Shown here piece after piece: positions 40,854 to 51,011 of a DNA stretch of 64,000 nt; position 1 is the first letter of the stretch; each line of letters opens with the position of its first letter. The position numbers and the translations under genes are program-made. Under the pieces are notes generated by a model. The model worked only from the letters and a program-made list of their open reading frames with translations. It ran no database searches and was not told where the DNA came from. This stretch comes from an uncultured Nitrospiraceae bacterium (GTDB lineage: Bacteria > Nitrospirota > Nitrospiria > Nitrospirales > Nitrospiraceae), in NCBI GenBank assembly GCA_963846575.1, contig CAWJWJ010000002.1, forward strand, positions 576,001-640,000, in the 5' to 3' direction.

Positions 40854-43538
40854 ATGTCTCAGCCACCAGAGAGAGGTTCGCAGATGGTGCAGGACGCAGC
40901 CCCTGAGGCGGGGCCGCATCTGCTGGCCGAACAGCGTGGGGCGATTCATCAACGGCTCCTGGCGGGTGCGTCGGGAGATGAGGTGGTCGCTGCGACGACG
41001 GATCTGGTTGACGGGCTGATCGTCGGGCGATACCGGACTGCGGCGCGAACCGGCGGAGAGGCGCTCACGACAGCCGGATTTCAACACTGTTGTCTGATCG
41101 CATTGGGGGGGTACGGTCGACGTGAGTTGGCGCCCCACTCCGATATTGATTTGATGTTTTTGTTTCACTCCGATGCGGCCAAGGTGATACCCGACCTGGT
41201 GAAACAGGTGCTTCACCCTCTGTGGGACAGCGGGTTTCAGGTGGGCCACAGTGTCCGGACGATCCAGGACTGTGTGGATTTGGGGCTGGCCGATCTGACA
41301 GTCCGGACCTCGATGATGGAAGCGCGGTTTCTCGCCGGCAGTGCGGAGTTATTTCAGCAATTCCATGCGCGTTATATCAAAAAAGTCGTGTCGAGACGGT
41401 GCGATGCCTATCTGGAGCAGAAGGTTATCGAGCGGCAGCGCGAGTATGAAAAGTTCGGCGAGACGGTGTACCTGCTGGAGCCGAACGTCAAGAAAAGCAA
41501 AGGCGGTTTGCGCGACCTGCACCTCCTGCAATGGGTCGGGTTGGCCAGATACCAGGCTCCCACGATCCGGGAACTGTCTGATCGCGGAATCATGTCCCAG
41601 GCCGATTATCGGGCGCTGAAAGAGGCGCGGGATTTTCTCCTACGCATCCGGGCCTTTCTCCACCTTCGGGCCGGCATGGCGCAGGAAATTCTCACCTTCG
41701 ACGAGCAGGTCTGGTTGGCTAACCAACTCGGATTCACGGATCGTCCCCATTTGCTGGCGGTTGAGCAGTTCATGCAGCAATATTACCGCCATACGATGGG
41801 GCTTCATGCTGCCTCGATGCGTTTCCTCGAGCGCTGTCGGCGCCGCTCGTGGCGGCAGCGGCTGGTCCGATGGTTGCCATCTCCGCGTATTGATCAGTAC
41901 TTCATCGTTGACGGTGAAGCGTTGACCGTGCCGGTTGAATTGCGCTCCCAGGTGTTGGATCGGCCGGCCTCGCTCCTGAGGCTATTCGACCTGGCACGGT
42001 CGCGAAAACTCAGTATCGATCCGTCGCTGCTGGAGGACATTCACCGCCACGCAGAGATGTTGTCGGTGGAGGGGTTCCGCACACCGGAAACAGGTCGCAC
42101 CTTTCTATCGATTCTGGCGGGACCGGGCACGGCGCGGACGTTGGAAGCCATGCATCGAGCCCATCTGCTGGAGAAGCTGGTGCCGGCCTTCTCGCGGGTG
42201 CGAGGGCTCATGCAATTCAATCAGTACCACAAATATACGGTGGACGAGCATAGTCTCCTCGCAGTGGCGAAGGCCGAAGCTCTGGCGGAGCATCCTGGCG
42301 TGCTGGGGGAGGTATACCGGGAGATCAAGCGCAAGGACGTGCTGCATCTGGCCGTGCTGCTCCACGATTTAGGTAAGGGCCACGAGGAAGACCATAGCGA
42401 AGTCGGCAAGCGTTTGGCGGAAGAGACGGCCGCTCTGCTGGGATTTGATGATCGGGATACGCGTACGCTCGTCATGCTTGTCCATCGCCACTTATTGATG
42501 GCCCATACGGCGTTTCGACGCGATCCTTACGATGAAAAAGTCCTGCTGCCGTTTGCCCGCGAAGTGGGTACGCCGGAAGTGTTGCGCAAATTGTTGGCCC
42601 TGACGGCGGCGGATATCGCGGCGGTCGGTCCGGATGTGCTGACGAAGTGGAAAGAGTCCCTCCTGATCGAACTATATCTCCGTGCCATGCAGGAGGTATC
42701 CGGCGAGCGAGAGACGGTCGATGAACCGCAACGACTGGCGCGCGTGGTGGCCGAGGTCGCGTCGCAGCCGGGGTCCGGTGCGAATCTTTCCATGGACAAA
42801 TCGTGGATGCAATCGGAGTTGGAACAATTTCCATTGCGCTATGTGTATGGAACGACGGCGCGTCGCATCGCCGCGCATTTGGCTGCGATACGTCGTCTGC
42901 ACGTCGGCGGAGTCGTCATCGACACCGAGTTTAATGCGCAACTGGGCACCTGTGAATACGTCGTACTGGCACACAATGATCTGACTCCCGGATTATTCTC
43001 GAAAATCGCCGGCGTGATGGCAGCGAGCGGCTTGCAGATCCTGGATGCCCAGATCGTCACACGCAAGGACGGCATCGTCGTCGATACCTTCCAGGTTGCT
43101 GATCCCGACTATCAAGGCGCGCCTCCTGCGGACCGGCGGGAGTCAATCGGTCAGCGAATCGAAGAGGTATTGACCGGGCGCCAGACCATCGAGGCGATGA
43201 TGCGTCGTGGAGCCAGGCTCCATATGGGACGGTCGTTTCCGGCGCACCGGCAACCAGCCGAGGTGCGGATCGATAATGAGACGTCTGATCGATATACCAT
43301 TCTCGATGTGTTTGCGGATGATCGGCAAGGGTTGTTGTTTGTCATGACCAATGCCATTTTTCAGCTGGGCTTGTCGGTCCATGCGTCACGGATTTCCACC
43401 CGTCTCGATCAAGTCGCGGACGTGTTTTATGTGACCAGTATGGATGGAAAGAAGGTGGAGGATGCCGGTCGCCTGGAATCAATCCGGACGGCGATCCTCA
43501 ACGAGATTGAGACGTTTCTCGGTGCCAATGCGGCGTAG
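40854..43538 (+). CDS. glnD: [Protein-PII] uridylyltransferase/uridylyl-removing enzyme
   Basis: GGYGRRELAPHSDIDL, EPNVKKSKGGLRD, HD domain (HKYTVDEH, LLHDLGKG), two ACT domains. Confidence 0.97.
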   Translation: MSQPPERGSQMVQDAAPEAGPHLLAEQRGAIHQRLLAGASGDEVVAATTDLVDGLIVGRYRTAARTGGEALTTAGFQHCCLIALGGYGRRELAPHSDIDLMFLFHSDAAKVIPDLVKQVLHPLWDSGFQVGHSVRTIQDCVDLGLADLTVRTSMMEARFLAGSAELFQQFHARYIKKVVSRRCDAYLEQKVIERQREYEKFGETVYLLEPNVKKSKGGLRDLHLLQWVGLARYQAPTIRELSDRGIMSQADYRALKEARDFLLRIRAFLHLRAGMAQEILTFDEQVWLANQLGFTDRPHLLAVEQFMQQYYRHTMGLHAASMRFLERCRRRSWRQRLVRWLPSPRIDQYFIVDGEALTVPVELRSQVLDRPASLLRLFDLARSRKLSIDPSLLEDIHRHAEMLSVEGFRTPETGRTFLSILAGPGTARTLEAMHRAHLLEKLVPAFSRVRGLMQFNQYHKYTVDEHSLLAVAKAEALAEHPGVLGEVYREIKRKDVLHLAVLLHDLGKGHEEDHSEVGKRLAEETAALLGFDDRDTRTLVMLVHRHLLMAHTAFRRDPYDEKVLLPFAREVGTPEVLRKLLALTAADIAAVGPDVLTKWKESLLIELYLRAMQEVSGERETVDEPQRLARVVAEVASQPGSGANLSMDKSWMQSELEQFPLRYVYGTTARRIAAHLAAIRRLHVGGVVIDTEFNAQLGTCEYVVLAHNDLTPGLFSKIAGVMAASGLQILDAQIVTRKDGIVVDTFQVADPDYQGAPPADRRESIGQRIEEVLTGRQTIEAMMRRGARLHMGRSFPAHRQPAEVRIDNETSDRYTILDVFADDRQGLLFVMTNAIFQLGLSVHASRISTRLDQVADVFYVTSMDGKKVEDAGRLESIRTAILNEIETFLGANAA

Positions 43539-43587
43539 GACGCAGGGAGTGGGTAGTCATTTCATCGGGGGTTGAAAGGAGGAGGGG

Positions 43588-44997
43588 ATGAACGTTCGTG
43601 AGGTGTTAGAGTTTGCAAAGAAGAACAAGGTCCAGGTCGTGGACTTAAAATTCGTGGACCTGATCGGCACCTGGCAGCATTTCACGATTCCAATCAGTGA
43701 GCTGACCGAGGGTCTGTTCAAGGATGGTTCCGGGCTTGACGGATCATCGATTCGAGGCTGGCGCGCGATCAACAACAGCGACATGCTGCTGGTGCCTGAT
43801 CCGACCACCGCCTTCCTCGATCCCTTCTGTTCCGTGCCGACCCTGAGTCTCATCGGCAATGTCGTCGATCCGATCACGCGGGAAACCTACGATCGGGATC
43901 CTCGTTTTATCGCACAGAAGGCGGAGAAATATCTCCAGAGCACCAAAATCGGCGACATCTCCTACTGGGGCCCCGAAGCCGAATTTTTCATTTTCGACCA
44001 TGCGCGCTATGACCAGACGAATCACAGCGGCTACTACTTCATCGATTCCGACGAAGGCGTGTGGAACATGGGTCAGGAAGGCGTGAACCTAGGCGGCAAA
44101 ATCCGTCACAAGGAAGGGTATTTTCCGGTCCCGCCGACTGACACGCAGCAGGACATTCGCACTGAAATGGTGCTGGAGATGGAAAAGGCTGGCATCGCGA
44201 CCGAAAAACATCACCATGAAGTCGCTACGGCAGGTCAGGCTGAAATCGATATCCGTTTCGACAGCCTGGTCAAAACCGCTGACAAAATGATGATGTTCAA
44301 GTACATCGTCAAGAACGTCGCGCGGCGACACGGCAAGACGGCCACCTTCATGCCAAAGCCGATCTTCGGTGACAATGGTTCGGGCATGCATACGCACCAG
44401 AGCATCTGGAAAGAGGGCAAGCCTCTCTTCGCCGGGAAGGAATATGCCGGGGTGTCCCAATTGTGCCTGCATTACATCGGCGGCATTCTCAAGCATGCAC
44501 CGGCGCTGGCCGCCTTCACCAATCCTTCGACGAACTCGTACAAGCGGTTGACGCCTGGGTTTGAAGCGCCGGTACTCCTGGCCTATTCGAGTCGCAACCG
44601 ATCGGCCGGTATCCGCATTCCCATGTATTCACCGAGCCCCAAGGCGAAGCGTATCGAAGTACGTTTCCCGGACCCTGCGGCGAACCCCTATCTCGCCTTT
44701 GCCGCCATGCTCATGGCCGGTTTGGACGGTATCGAGAATAAGATTAATCCAGGCGAGCCGGCTGAGAAGGATCTGTACGATCTCGAGGCCAAGGAAGCCG
44801 CCAAAATTCGAACCATGCCAGGAAGTCTGGATGAGGCGCTCAGTCACCTCGAAAAGAACCACCAGTTCCTTCTAAAAGGCGGGGTTTTCAGCGAAGATTT
44901 GATCGAATCGTGGATCAGCTACAAGCGCAGCAAGGAAGTCGATACGATGCGCTTGCGGCCCCATCCCTATGAATTTTTTCTGTACTACGACGTGTAG
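43588..44997 (+). CDS. glnA: Glutamine synthetase type I (adenylylatable)
   Basis: DGSSI, HHEVA, FMPKP...[20 protein letters not shown] adenylylation loop. Confidence 0.99.
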   Translation: MNVREVLEFAKKNKVQVVDLKFVDLIGTWQHFTIPISELTEGLFKDGSGLDGSSIRGWRAINNSDMLLVPDPTTAFLDPFCSVPTLSLIGNVVDPITRETYDRDPRFIAQKAEKYLQSTKIGDISYWGPEAEFFIFDHARYDQTNHSGYYFIDSDEGVWNMGQEGVNLGGKIRHKEGYFPVPPTDTQQDIRTEMVLEMEKAGIATEKHHHEVATAGQAEIDIRFDSLVKTADKMMMFKYIVKNVARRHGKTATFMPKPIFGDNGSGMHTHQSIWKEGKPLFAGKEYAGVSQLCLHYIGGILKHAPALAAFTNPSTNSYKRLTPGFEAPVLLAYSSRNRSAGIRIPMYSPSPKAKRIEVRFPDPAANPYLAFAAMLMAGLDGIENKINPGEPAEKDLYDLEAKEAAKIRTMPGSLDEALSHLEKNHQFLLKGGVFSEDLIESWISYKRSKEVDTMRLRPHPYEFFLYYDV

Positions 44998-45019
44998 TGA
45001 TAATTTCCTGTTCAGACTC

Positions 45020-45048
45020 TTGACGAATCGAACGAAGGATGGTAGAAA
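45020..45048 (+). promoter_or_regulatory. Probable sigma70 promoter of the FNT-cynS-nirA operon
   Basis: TTGACG-N17-TAGAAA with TG extended -10. Confidence 0.45.
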
Positions 45049-45066
45049 TTCAACCCGTAGGTGAAA

Positions 45067-45269
45067 GGAGGCAATGACGCCTCTATCGCCCGCACCAAAT
45101 ACCAAGTAAACGGACAAAGGCGTCCGTCATTCTTTCGAGAGTGGCGGACGCCTCTTTATTTTCAGCCGACGTTGTGGTCGGCATTCCAAAAACAAGCGGG
45201 GTCTTCCCCGACTGGCTGAGCAGGACAATGGCGTCCTCATCCCGACAGCGGGGTGGGGACGTTTTTTTT
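45067..45269 (+). promoter_or_regulatory. Triple-hexaloop ANTAR leader with two tandem terminators
   Basis: Loops AATGAC (45073), AAAGGC (45116), AATGGC (45227); terminators 45118-45162 (UUCG loop) and 45231-45269 (T8). Confidence 0.85.
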
Positions 45270-45308
45270 AGCTTGAACGGGCCCATCGACCACCCACAGG
45301 AGGAGCGT

Positions 45309-46139
45309 ATGCATACAGCGGATCATGAGCGGATCGCAGGTATCGCGGCAAAGAAGTGGTGGTTTTTTGAGCAATCTCCAGGCGGGTATCTCATCCTGTC
45401 CGCACTGGCCGGGATCTATCTCGGATTCGGGATCGCGTTGATCTTCAGCGTAGGGGCACCGTTGGCGGCTGCCGGGTCTCCGGCGGTCAAACTCATCATG
45501 GGGGTCTCCTTCGGGATCGCGCTGACTCTCGTCATTTTCGCGGGATCGGAGTTGTTTACCGGCAACAACATGATCGGAACGATCGGTGGCCTGTCCAGGA
45601 GCCTGTCATGGGGACAGGTCATTCAGCTGAATTTCTGGTCATGGCTGGGGAATCTTGTAGGATCGCTAGGTCTCGCCTGGCTGGTGATTCAGTCGGGCGT
45701 GTTCAGCAAGGGCCCGGCGGCGGAGCTGATCGAGAAAGTGGCCGCGGTCAAGATGTCCCTGCCTGCATGGGAGTTGTTCCTGCGCGGGATTCTCTGTAAT
45801 TGGCTTATTTGTTTGGCGGTCTGGATGACGGGCCGCACGGGCAACGACACGGCAAAAATTCTCCTGATCTTTTGGTGTCTCTTCGCCTTCATCGGCACCG
45901 GCTTCGAACATAGCATCGCCAATCAATCGTTCTTGGGCATGGCGCTCTTCCTGCCCCACGAAGCGGCCATCAGCTGGGCGGGATTTTGGTACAACCAGGC
46001 GTTCGTCGTGCTGGGTAATGTCGTGGGCGGGGGTCTGTTCGTCGGCGGGCTGTACTGGATGGTGAGCCCCTATAGGGTGCCGGACAAGCAGCTGGCTGCG
46101 GCGCCTCAACCCGTTTCTTCGGCAGTCGTCGGTTCGTAA
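45309..46139 (+). CDS. Formate/nitrite transporter family channel (NirC-like; nitrite or cyanate)
   Basis: GSELFTGN, GILCNWLICLAVW, GFEHSIAN, GNVVGG; SD AGGAGGAG before ATG 45309. Confidence 0.9.
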   Translation: MHTADHERIAGIAAKKWWFFEQSPGGYLILSALAGIYLGFGIALIFSVGAPLAAAGSPAVKLIMGVSFGIALTLVIFAGSELFTGNNMIGTIGGLSRSLSWGQVIQLNFWSWLGNLVGSLGLAWLVIQSGVFSKGPAAELIEKVAAVKMSLPAWELFLRGILCNWLICLAVWMTGRTGNDTAKILLIFWCLFAFIGTGFEHSIANQSFLGMALFLPHEAAISWAGFWYNQAFVVLGNVVGGGLFVGGLYWMVSPYRVPDKQLAAAPQPVSSAVVGS

Positions 46140-46180
46140 CGGTCGAGCTTATTCACACGCAGATCTTTGAAAGGAGAGAC

Positions 46181-46624
46181 ATGATGGAAAAAGAGGTCAT
46201 GAAGAAAGCAATTCGCGCACAACGCATGAACAAAAAGGTGACGATCGCGGAAGTCGCCAAGACCGTCGGTAAGAATCCGACGTTCGTGGCGGCGGCGTTG
46301 AACGGCAATCACCGCCTCACTCCCGAGGAGGCATTGAAGGTCGGAAAATTGCTGGACCTGGATAAGGAACAAATCGGGTCCCTCAGTACCTTTCCCATCC
46401 GGACGGACTTTCCGAATGCAACGGATCCGTTCAAGTATCGCTTGTTGGAAGTCATCGGCGTCTACGGAGATTCGCTACGGGAGATGGCCAATGAAATGTT
46501 CGGCGACGGGATCATGAGTGCCATTGATTTCACTCTGGACCTGGAGAAAGTGACCGGCAGCCAGGGCGAAGCCCGCTGCAAGATCACTCTGAACGGTAAG
46601 TGGCTTGAGTACAAAACATTCTGA
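46181..46624 (+). CDS. cynS: Cyanase
   Basis: N-terminal HTH-like domain, DPFKYRLLE, FGDGIMSAIDF, GKWL.Y motifs. Confidence 0.95.
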   Translation: MMEKEVMKKAIRAQRMNKKVTIAEVAKTVGKNPTFVAAALNGNHRLTPEEALKVGKLLDLDKEQIGSLSTFPIRTDFPNATDPFKYRLLEVIGVYGDSLREMANEMFGDGIMSAIDFTLDLEKVTGSQGEARCKITLNGKWLEYKTF

Positions 46625-46675
46625 ACGGAATGGCGCGCTAGGGACTGGCCGGCGATCGTACGAAGGGAGGACCTC

Positions 46676-46870
46676 ATGAACACGAACCCGGAATCTGCGG
46701 TGTTGACACTTCTTGAGCAACAAGCTCCCCAAACGTTCGAGAAATTAATGGCCTTGTCCGGTCTGAGCGCGTCACAGGTGCTGCTGGTGGTGGACCGTTT
46801 GAGTCGGAGGGGATCGGTGATACTCAGGAAGTCCGGACCGGACTATTCGGTCGGCTTAGGAGACGTGTGA
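46676..46870 (+). CDS. Small hypothetical winged-helix-like protein (64 aa)
   Basis: Strong SD (AGGGAGG); stop overlaps the nirA ATG (TGATG). Confidence 0.65.
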   Translation: MNTNPESAVLTLLEQQAPQTFEKLMALSGLSASQVLLVVDRLSRRGSVILRKSGPDYSVGLGDV

Positions 46871-48465
46871 TGAACAAAATTGAGGCGATCAAGTCGGAAC
46901 GAGACGGGTTGTCGGTGCGCGACATGATCGCACAATATGCGCAAACCGGCTGGGAGACCATTCCCGAGGAGGATATCCAACGGTTGAAATGGTACGGGCT
47001 GTTTTTGAGAAACCCCACACCGGGTCATTTCATGCTCCGCGTGCGAATTCCGGGAGGGCGCACGACATCCACGCAGCTCGAGACGTTGGCGGACATTGCA
47101 CTGCAGTTTGGCAACGGTGTCGTCGACGTGACCACGAGACAACAAATCCAACTCCGTCATTTGACCATCGAGCATGTCCCCGCGGTTTTTGCCAGGCTGG
47201 CGGATTCGGGACTCACATCCCTGCAAACCGGCATGGACACGGTCCGCAACATCATGACCTGCCCGGTAGCGGGCTTGAACCCGAATGAAGTGCTGGACGG
47301 CACGGACATCGTGCGCGCCATCAACGAGGAGATCTTGGGCAATCCTGCCTATACCAATCTGCCTCGCAAGTGCAATATCGCTGTGACCGGATGCCCGGAC
47401 AATTGTCTCCATACGGAGACGCAAGATATTGCGCTGATACCGGCTTATCACGATTTGGGACATGACAAGTGTTATGGCTACAACGTGCTCGTCGGGGGGA
47501 AGCTGGGATCCGGCGGGTATCGAATTGCAAGTCCGCTGGACATGTTCGTGAATCCGGCAGAGGCCCTCGAGGTGTGCCGAACCATTCTCCATATCTATCG
47601 CGAGCATGGACCGCGCGAGAATCGCACGCAAGCGCGTCTCGCGTTTCTGGTCGAAGCCTGGGGTGAAGCGCGGCTACGGCAAGAGGTTGAGGCCCGCGTG
47701 GGCCGTGTTCTGCCTGCGGCCGGCGTCGACGCCAGAGGGGCGAGCGAGCGCGACCACATCGGCATTTTTCGTCAGAAGCAACGGGGCATGAACTATATCG
47801 GCCTCAAGGTCCTCGTCGGTCGGGTGAACGCGTCCGATCTTCGGAAGGTTGCCGCATTGGCGGGGCGATACGGCACGGGCGAAGTGCGGCTTTCTCCGGC
47901 ACAGGCCTTCATAATCCCGCATGTCAGCGACCGGCTGGTGGGCGAACTGGCCGAGGAGCCGCTCGTCAAGCAATTCGCCTACAACCCTTCAGCACTCTAT
48001 AAGGGGCTCGTCAGCTGCGTGGGGAGCGACTATTGCAACCTGGCCGTGATCGAAACAAAAAGCCGGGCCGTCGAAACCGCGCAGGTTCTGGATCGCAAGC
48101 TGGGAGATGGCCTCAAGCCCATTACGCTGCATTGGTCCGGTTGTCCGGCCGGCTGCGGAAACCACCTCGTCGCGGACATCGGACTGCTGGGAAAGAAGGC
48201 AAAGGTCGGCGGAAAGGTGGTCGATGCCGTTGATGTGTTCGTCGGCGGCCGATCGGGGCCCGATCCTAAACTGGCCACCAAGATCATGGAAGATGTGCCT
48301 TGCGACAAGCTCCCGGCGGTGCTGGAGTCACTCATGCCCTACCATACGCGAGAAAAAATGCATCGCGTGCGTGGAAAGGCGGTGTCCAAAGGAATGGGAG
48401 CGATGAGGCCTGCAGAAGATCGAAGCGAAACGCGGGCATTTACGCCGCAACCGTTATCAGCCTAA
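46870..48465 (+). CDS. nirA: Ferredoxin-nitrite reductase (assimilatory, siroheme)
   Basis: RLKWYG, TTRQQIQ, NLPRK, C-x5-C...SGCPAGC siroheme/4Fe-4S ligands; nitrogen-assimilation context. Confidence 0.88.
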   Translation: MNKIEAIKSERDGLSVRDMIAQYAQTGWETIPEEDIQRLKWYGLFLRNPTPGHFMLRVRIPGGRTTSTQLETLADIALQFGNGVVDVTTRQQIQLRHLTIEHVPAVFARLADSGLTSLQTGMDTVRNIMTCPVAGLNPNEVLDGTDIVRAINEEILGNPAYTNLPRKCNIAVTGCPDNCLHTETQDIALIPAYHDLGHDKCYGYNVLVGGKLGSGGYRIASPLDMFVNPAEALEVCRTILHIYREHGPRENRTQARLAFLVEAWGEARLRQEVEARVGRVLPAAGVDARGASERDHIGIFRQKQRGMNYIGLKVLVGRVNASDLRKVAALAGRYGTGEVRLSPAQAFIIPHVSDRLVGELAEEPLVKQFAYNPSALYKGLVSCVGSDYCNLAVIETKSRAVETAQVLDRKLGDGLKPITLHWSGCPAGCGNHLVADIGLLGKKAKVGGKVVDAVDVFVGGRSGPDPKLATKIMEDVPCDKLPAVLESLMPYHTREKMHRVRGKAVSKGMGAMRPAEDRSETRAFTPQPLSA

Positions 48466-48519
48466 CAGGGGGACATGCGGGCCGGCCGGTCTGAACCGGT
48501 TTGGGAACGCAATGTAGAC

Positions 48520-48548
48520 TTGAGCCGATGCGAGACTTGCGCTATTCT
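48520..48548 (+). promoter_or_regulatory. Possible sigma70 promoter for the CBS gene
   Basis: TTGAGC-N17-TATTCT, followed by SD AAGGAGG. Confidence 0.35.
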
Positions 48549-48571
48549 CTTGAGCTCACCAAGGAGGCAGC

Positions 48572-49348
48572 ATGGCCAAGAGAGTGAAGACAAGCGAGGA
48601 ACCGAGCGAGGGGCTCAATCGCCATATCGAGCAGATTCGCAAGACGTTGCTGGCGTTTCAACCGTTCTTATCCCGAAAAAAGCTGACCCCGTCCCTGGAA
48701 GGCTTTGATGAGCAGGCCGAAGAGGTGCTCATCGAAACCTTTGGGGGAGCATCCGAGGAACTCGAAGCGTATCAATACGCAAAGTTCGGAGAATCCGCGA
48801 TCTTGCCGGAGGAAGCGCAAGAGGCAGGGACGCACAATGTCGACCGTGAAAGCCTCCATCAGCGGAAACAGGTTCTCGAAAGTTGTCTGGCGCAGCTCGA
48901 ACTCAAGAAAACCGCCCGGGCCGGCCGCGATTGGCGACGAACCGTCGAGGAACGGATCGATGGCCACACCGTGGCGGAATTCATGTCCGCCGACGTTCGC
49001 AGCGTGCACAAGGCCGCTTCAATCAAGGAGGCCGGACGCTTGCTGCAAAAGTGGCGAATCGGTTCCCTCCTGGTCGATGACGGATCGCGGTACATCGGCA
49101 TCATTACGGATACGGACCTGAGCAGAAAAGCCGTCGCCAAGGGCCTCGACCCGAATGCCACGACGGTGCATTCTTGTATGAGCAAGGCGGTGGTGACCAT
49201 CGAAGACAGTGAACCGCTCATGGAAGCCTTCTCGCTCATGAAGAAGGAAGGTATCCGGCACCTTCCGGTAACCGAGGACGGCACGATCATCGGGGTGTTG
49301 TCGGTCGGAGATCTGTTGCGGGCATACGAGAAGGTACTCGAGCTGTAA
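48572..49348 (+). CDS. CBS-pair protein with helical N-terminal domain
   Basis: VAEFMS...IGSLLV...GIITDTD and IRHLPV...GVLSVGD CBS repeats. Confidence 0.85.
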   Translation: MAKRVKTSEEPSEGLNRHIEQIRKTLLAFQPFLSRKKLTPSLEGFDEQAEEVLIETFGGASEELEAYQYAKFGESAILPEEAQEAGTHNVDRESLHQRKQVLESCLAQLELKKTARAGRDWRRTVEERIDGHTVAEFMSADVRSVHKAASIKEAGRLLQKWRIGSLLVDDGSRYIGIITDTDLSRKAVAKGLDPNATTVHSCMSKAVVTIEDSEPLMEAFSLMKKEGIRHLPVTEDGTIIGVLSVGDLLRAYEKVLEL

Positions 49349-49753
49349 GCGGCCGACCGAAGAAGCCGCGGCGATCCATCAGCAAAGCACCGGAAGTGGC
49401 CGCTTCTGTGGCGGCTTCCCGTGTATCCTATGGTGAACAGGGCCGATCGACGGGCCTGTTCACACACCATATTGGGCCATCTCGATTCTTCAACCAAGGA
49501 AGGCAGATGCCTGCCTGCGTCTCGTGTCCATCTCGGCTTAACGTGCCCTGAAGCGCGCTGGCTGTCATTTATCAGGCCACTGTGCCCGCGCCCAGTGGGG
49601 TCTAGTTGGCAGCCGGCCCAGGACTTCCCGTCGATTAAACCGGGCTAGGATACCCTCGGTCACGTGGCGGATGTGTCCCTTGAAACAGGCGAGGGTCGCC
49701 AACCTGTGGGCATCTAGACGGAATCTGTATGCTGAGCCGGCGAGGCGGCAAGG

Positions 49754-51011
49754 ATGAATAACCCAGGCTCTCATTCCCTGTCTGGTGATCCCTGCGGGGC
49801 AACCTCGAGTGGCATCAGGCCCAGAGTTCGGGCTGGTTGGCCGGCCGGAGACGGATGCAGGGCTGCCGGAGTGGTCCTCGTGCTCACTTTCAGCCTGATG
49901 TCGAGCCCTTGGACGGGGCAATCCGGCGCGGGGCCGCCACCTCCCTCCGTGACCAAGGGGGTGAAGTGGCATCCAGGCCACTACGTAACGATCATGGGGT
50001 GGGGAAAAAATCCGAAGTACCTGGAGGATGTGTACGCAGAGCTCAAGGTCACGTCCGCCTTGCGCGGGGTGCAGATTCGATACTTGTGGGCCGAACTGGA
50101 ACCAGCAGAAGGTCGGTATGATTTCACGTCCATCGACCAGCGGCTGGCGGAACTGAACACCCTGGGTAAGCGACTCGTGATCCAGGTGCAAACGAAATCG
50201 TTCGACCCGGGGTCGAAGCTCGTGCCGGACTATCTGAAAGGCGTTGAGTATGACGGGGGGGATTTCCCGTTTGCGTCGCAGAAGAAGGGGAAGCGAGCCG
50301 CCCACAACGTCACTCCAGGAGGGCACAACATCGCCTTATGGAATTCCCGCGTGCGCGATCGTCCGATTGCCCTCTTTCAGGCCCTGGGAGAGCGCTACAA
50401 CTCCCATCCTTCTTTTGAAGGGATCGGGATGATTGAAACAGCGTTAGGGGAATCGCTCGTCCCCCTCTCGACCGACAAGATCGACGGCTTCTACGCGAAT
50501 CTCCTGGAGGTGCACCGGCAGATGCGCGCGCAGTTTCCCAATACGATGACCATTCAAGAGGTGAACTACCCGCGTCCGATTCTCCCGGCCTTCGTCGGCA
50601 GACTTAAAGAAATGGGGACTGCGCTGAGGCAGACTTAAAGAAATGGGGACTGCGCTGAGCGGCCCCGATATATTCAAAGACGAGCCGGGATTGAACATGA
50701 ATACTCCCCCTGCTCCGAGAGGTATCTACACCTACTATCCGGCACTTTCCGGTATCGTCCCCCTGGCGCCGCAGGTGATGAGGAATAACTATCGGAACAC
50801 CCGCGGTGATGGAAAAGGGGCAGTGCCCACCGTGTCAGAAAATCTTGCGTTCGCTCGGGATGGTTTGAAGTCGAACTATGTCTTTTGGGCAAGGACTCCG
50901 GATGACTTTCCACGAGTGCCTGAGATGCTGACTCAGCCCGCACAAACCGGCGATCCGGCCGGGGGATTAGCCTCGATCTGTCCGAAGGCCTATGGGACCT
51001 GCGTGGACTAG
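49754..51011 (+). pseudogene. Exported glycoside-hydrolase-like (TIM-barrel) gene frameshifted by a 31-bp tandem duplication
   Basis: KWHPGHY...YLWAELEPAEGRYDF motif; deleting one repeat copy joins ORFs 49754-50638 and 50643-51011 into 408 aa. Confidence 0.75.
50598..50659 (+). repeat. Perfect 2 x 31-bp tandem duplication
   Basis: GCAGACTTAAAGAAATGGGGACTGCGCTGAG at 50598-50628 and 50629-50659. Confidence 0.97.

Noticed and set aside
45141..45308. N-terminal extensions given by the ORF track for the FNT gene (and similarly at 22041 and 36155)
   Set aside because: The FNT and porin extensions run through leader and terminator sequence, and downstream starts with an SD or matching domain boundaries fit better.
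50598..50659. CRISPR array
   Set aside because: Two adjacent repeats with no spacer and no cas genes.
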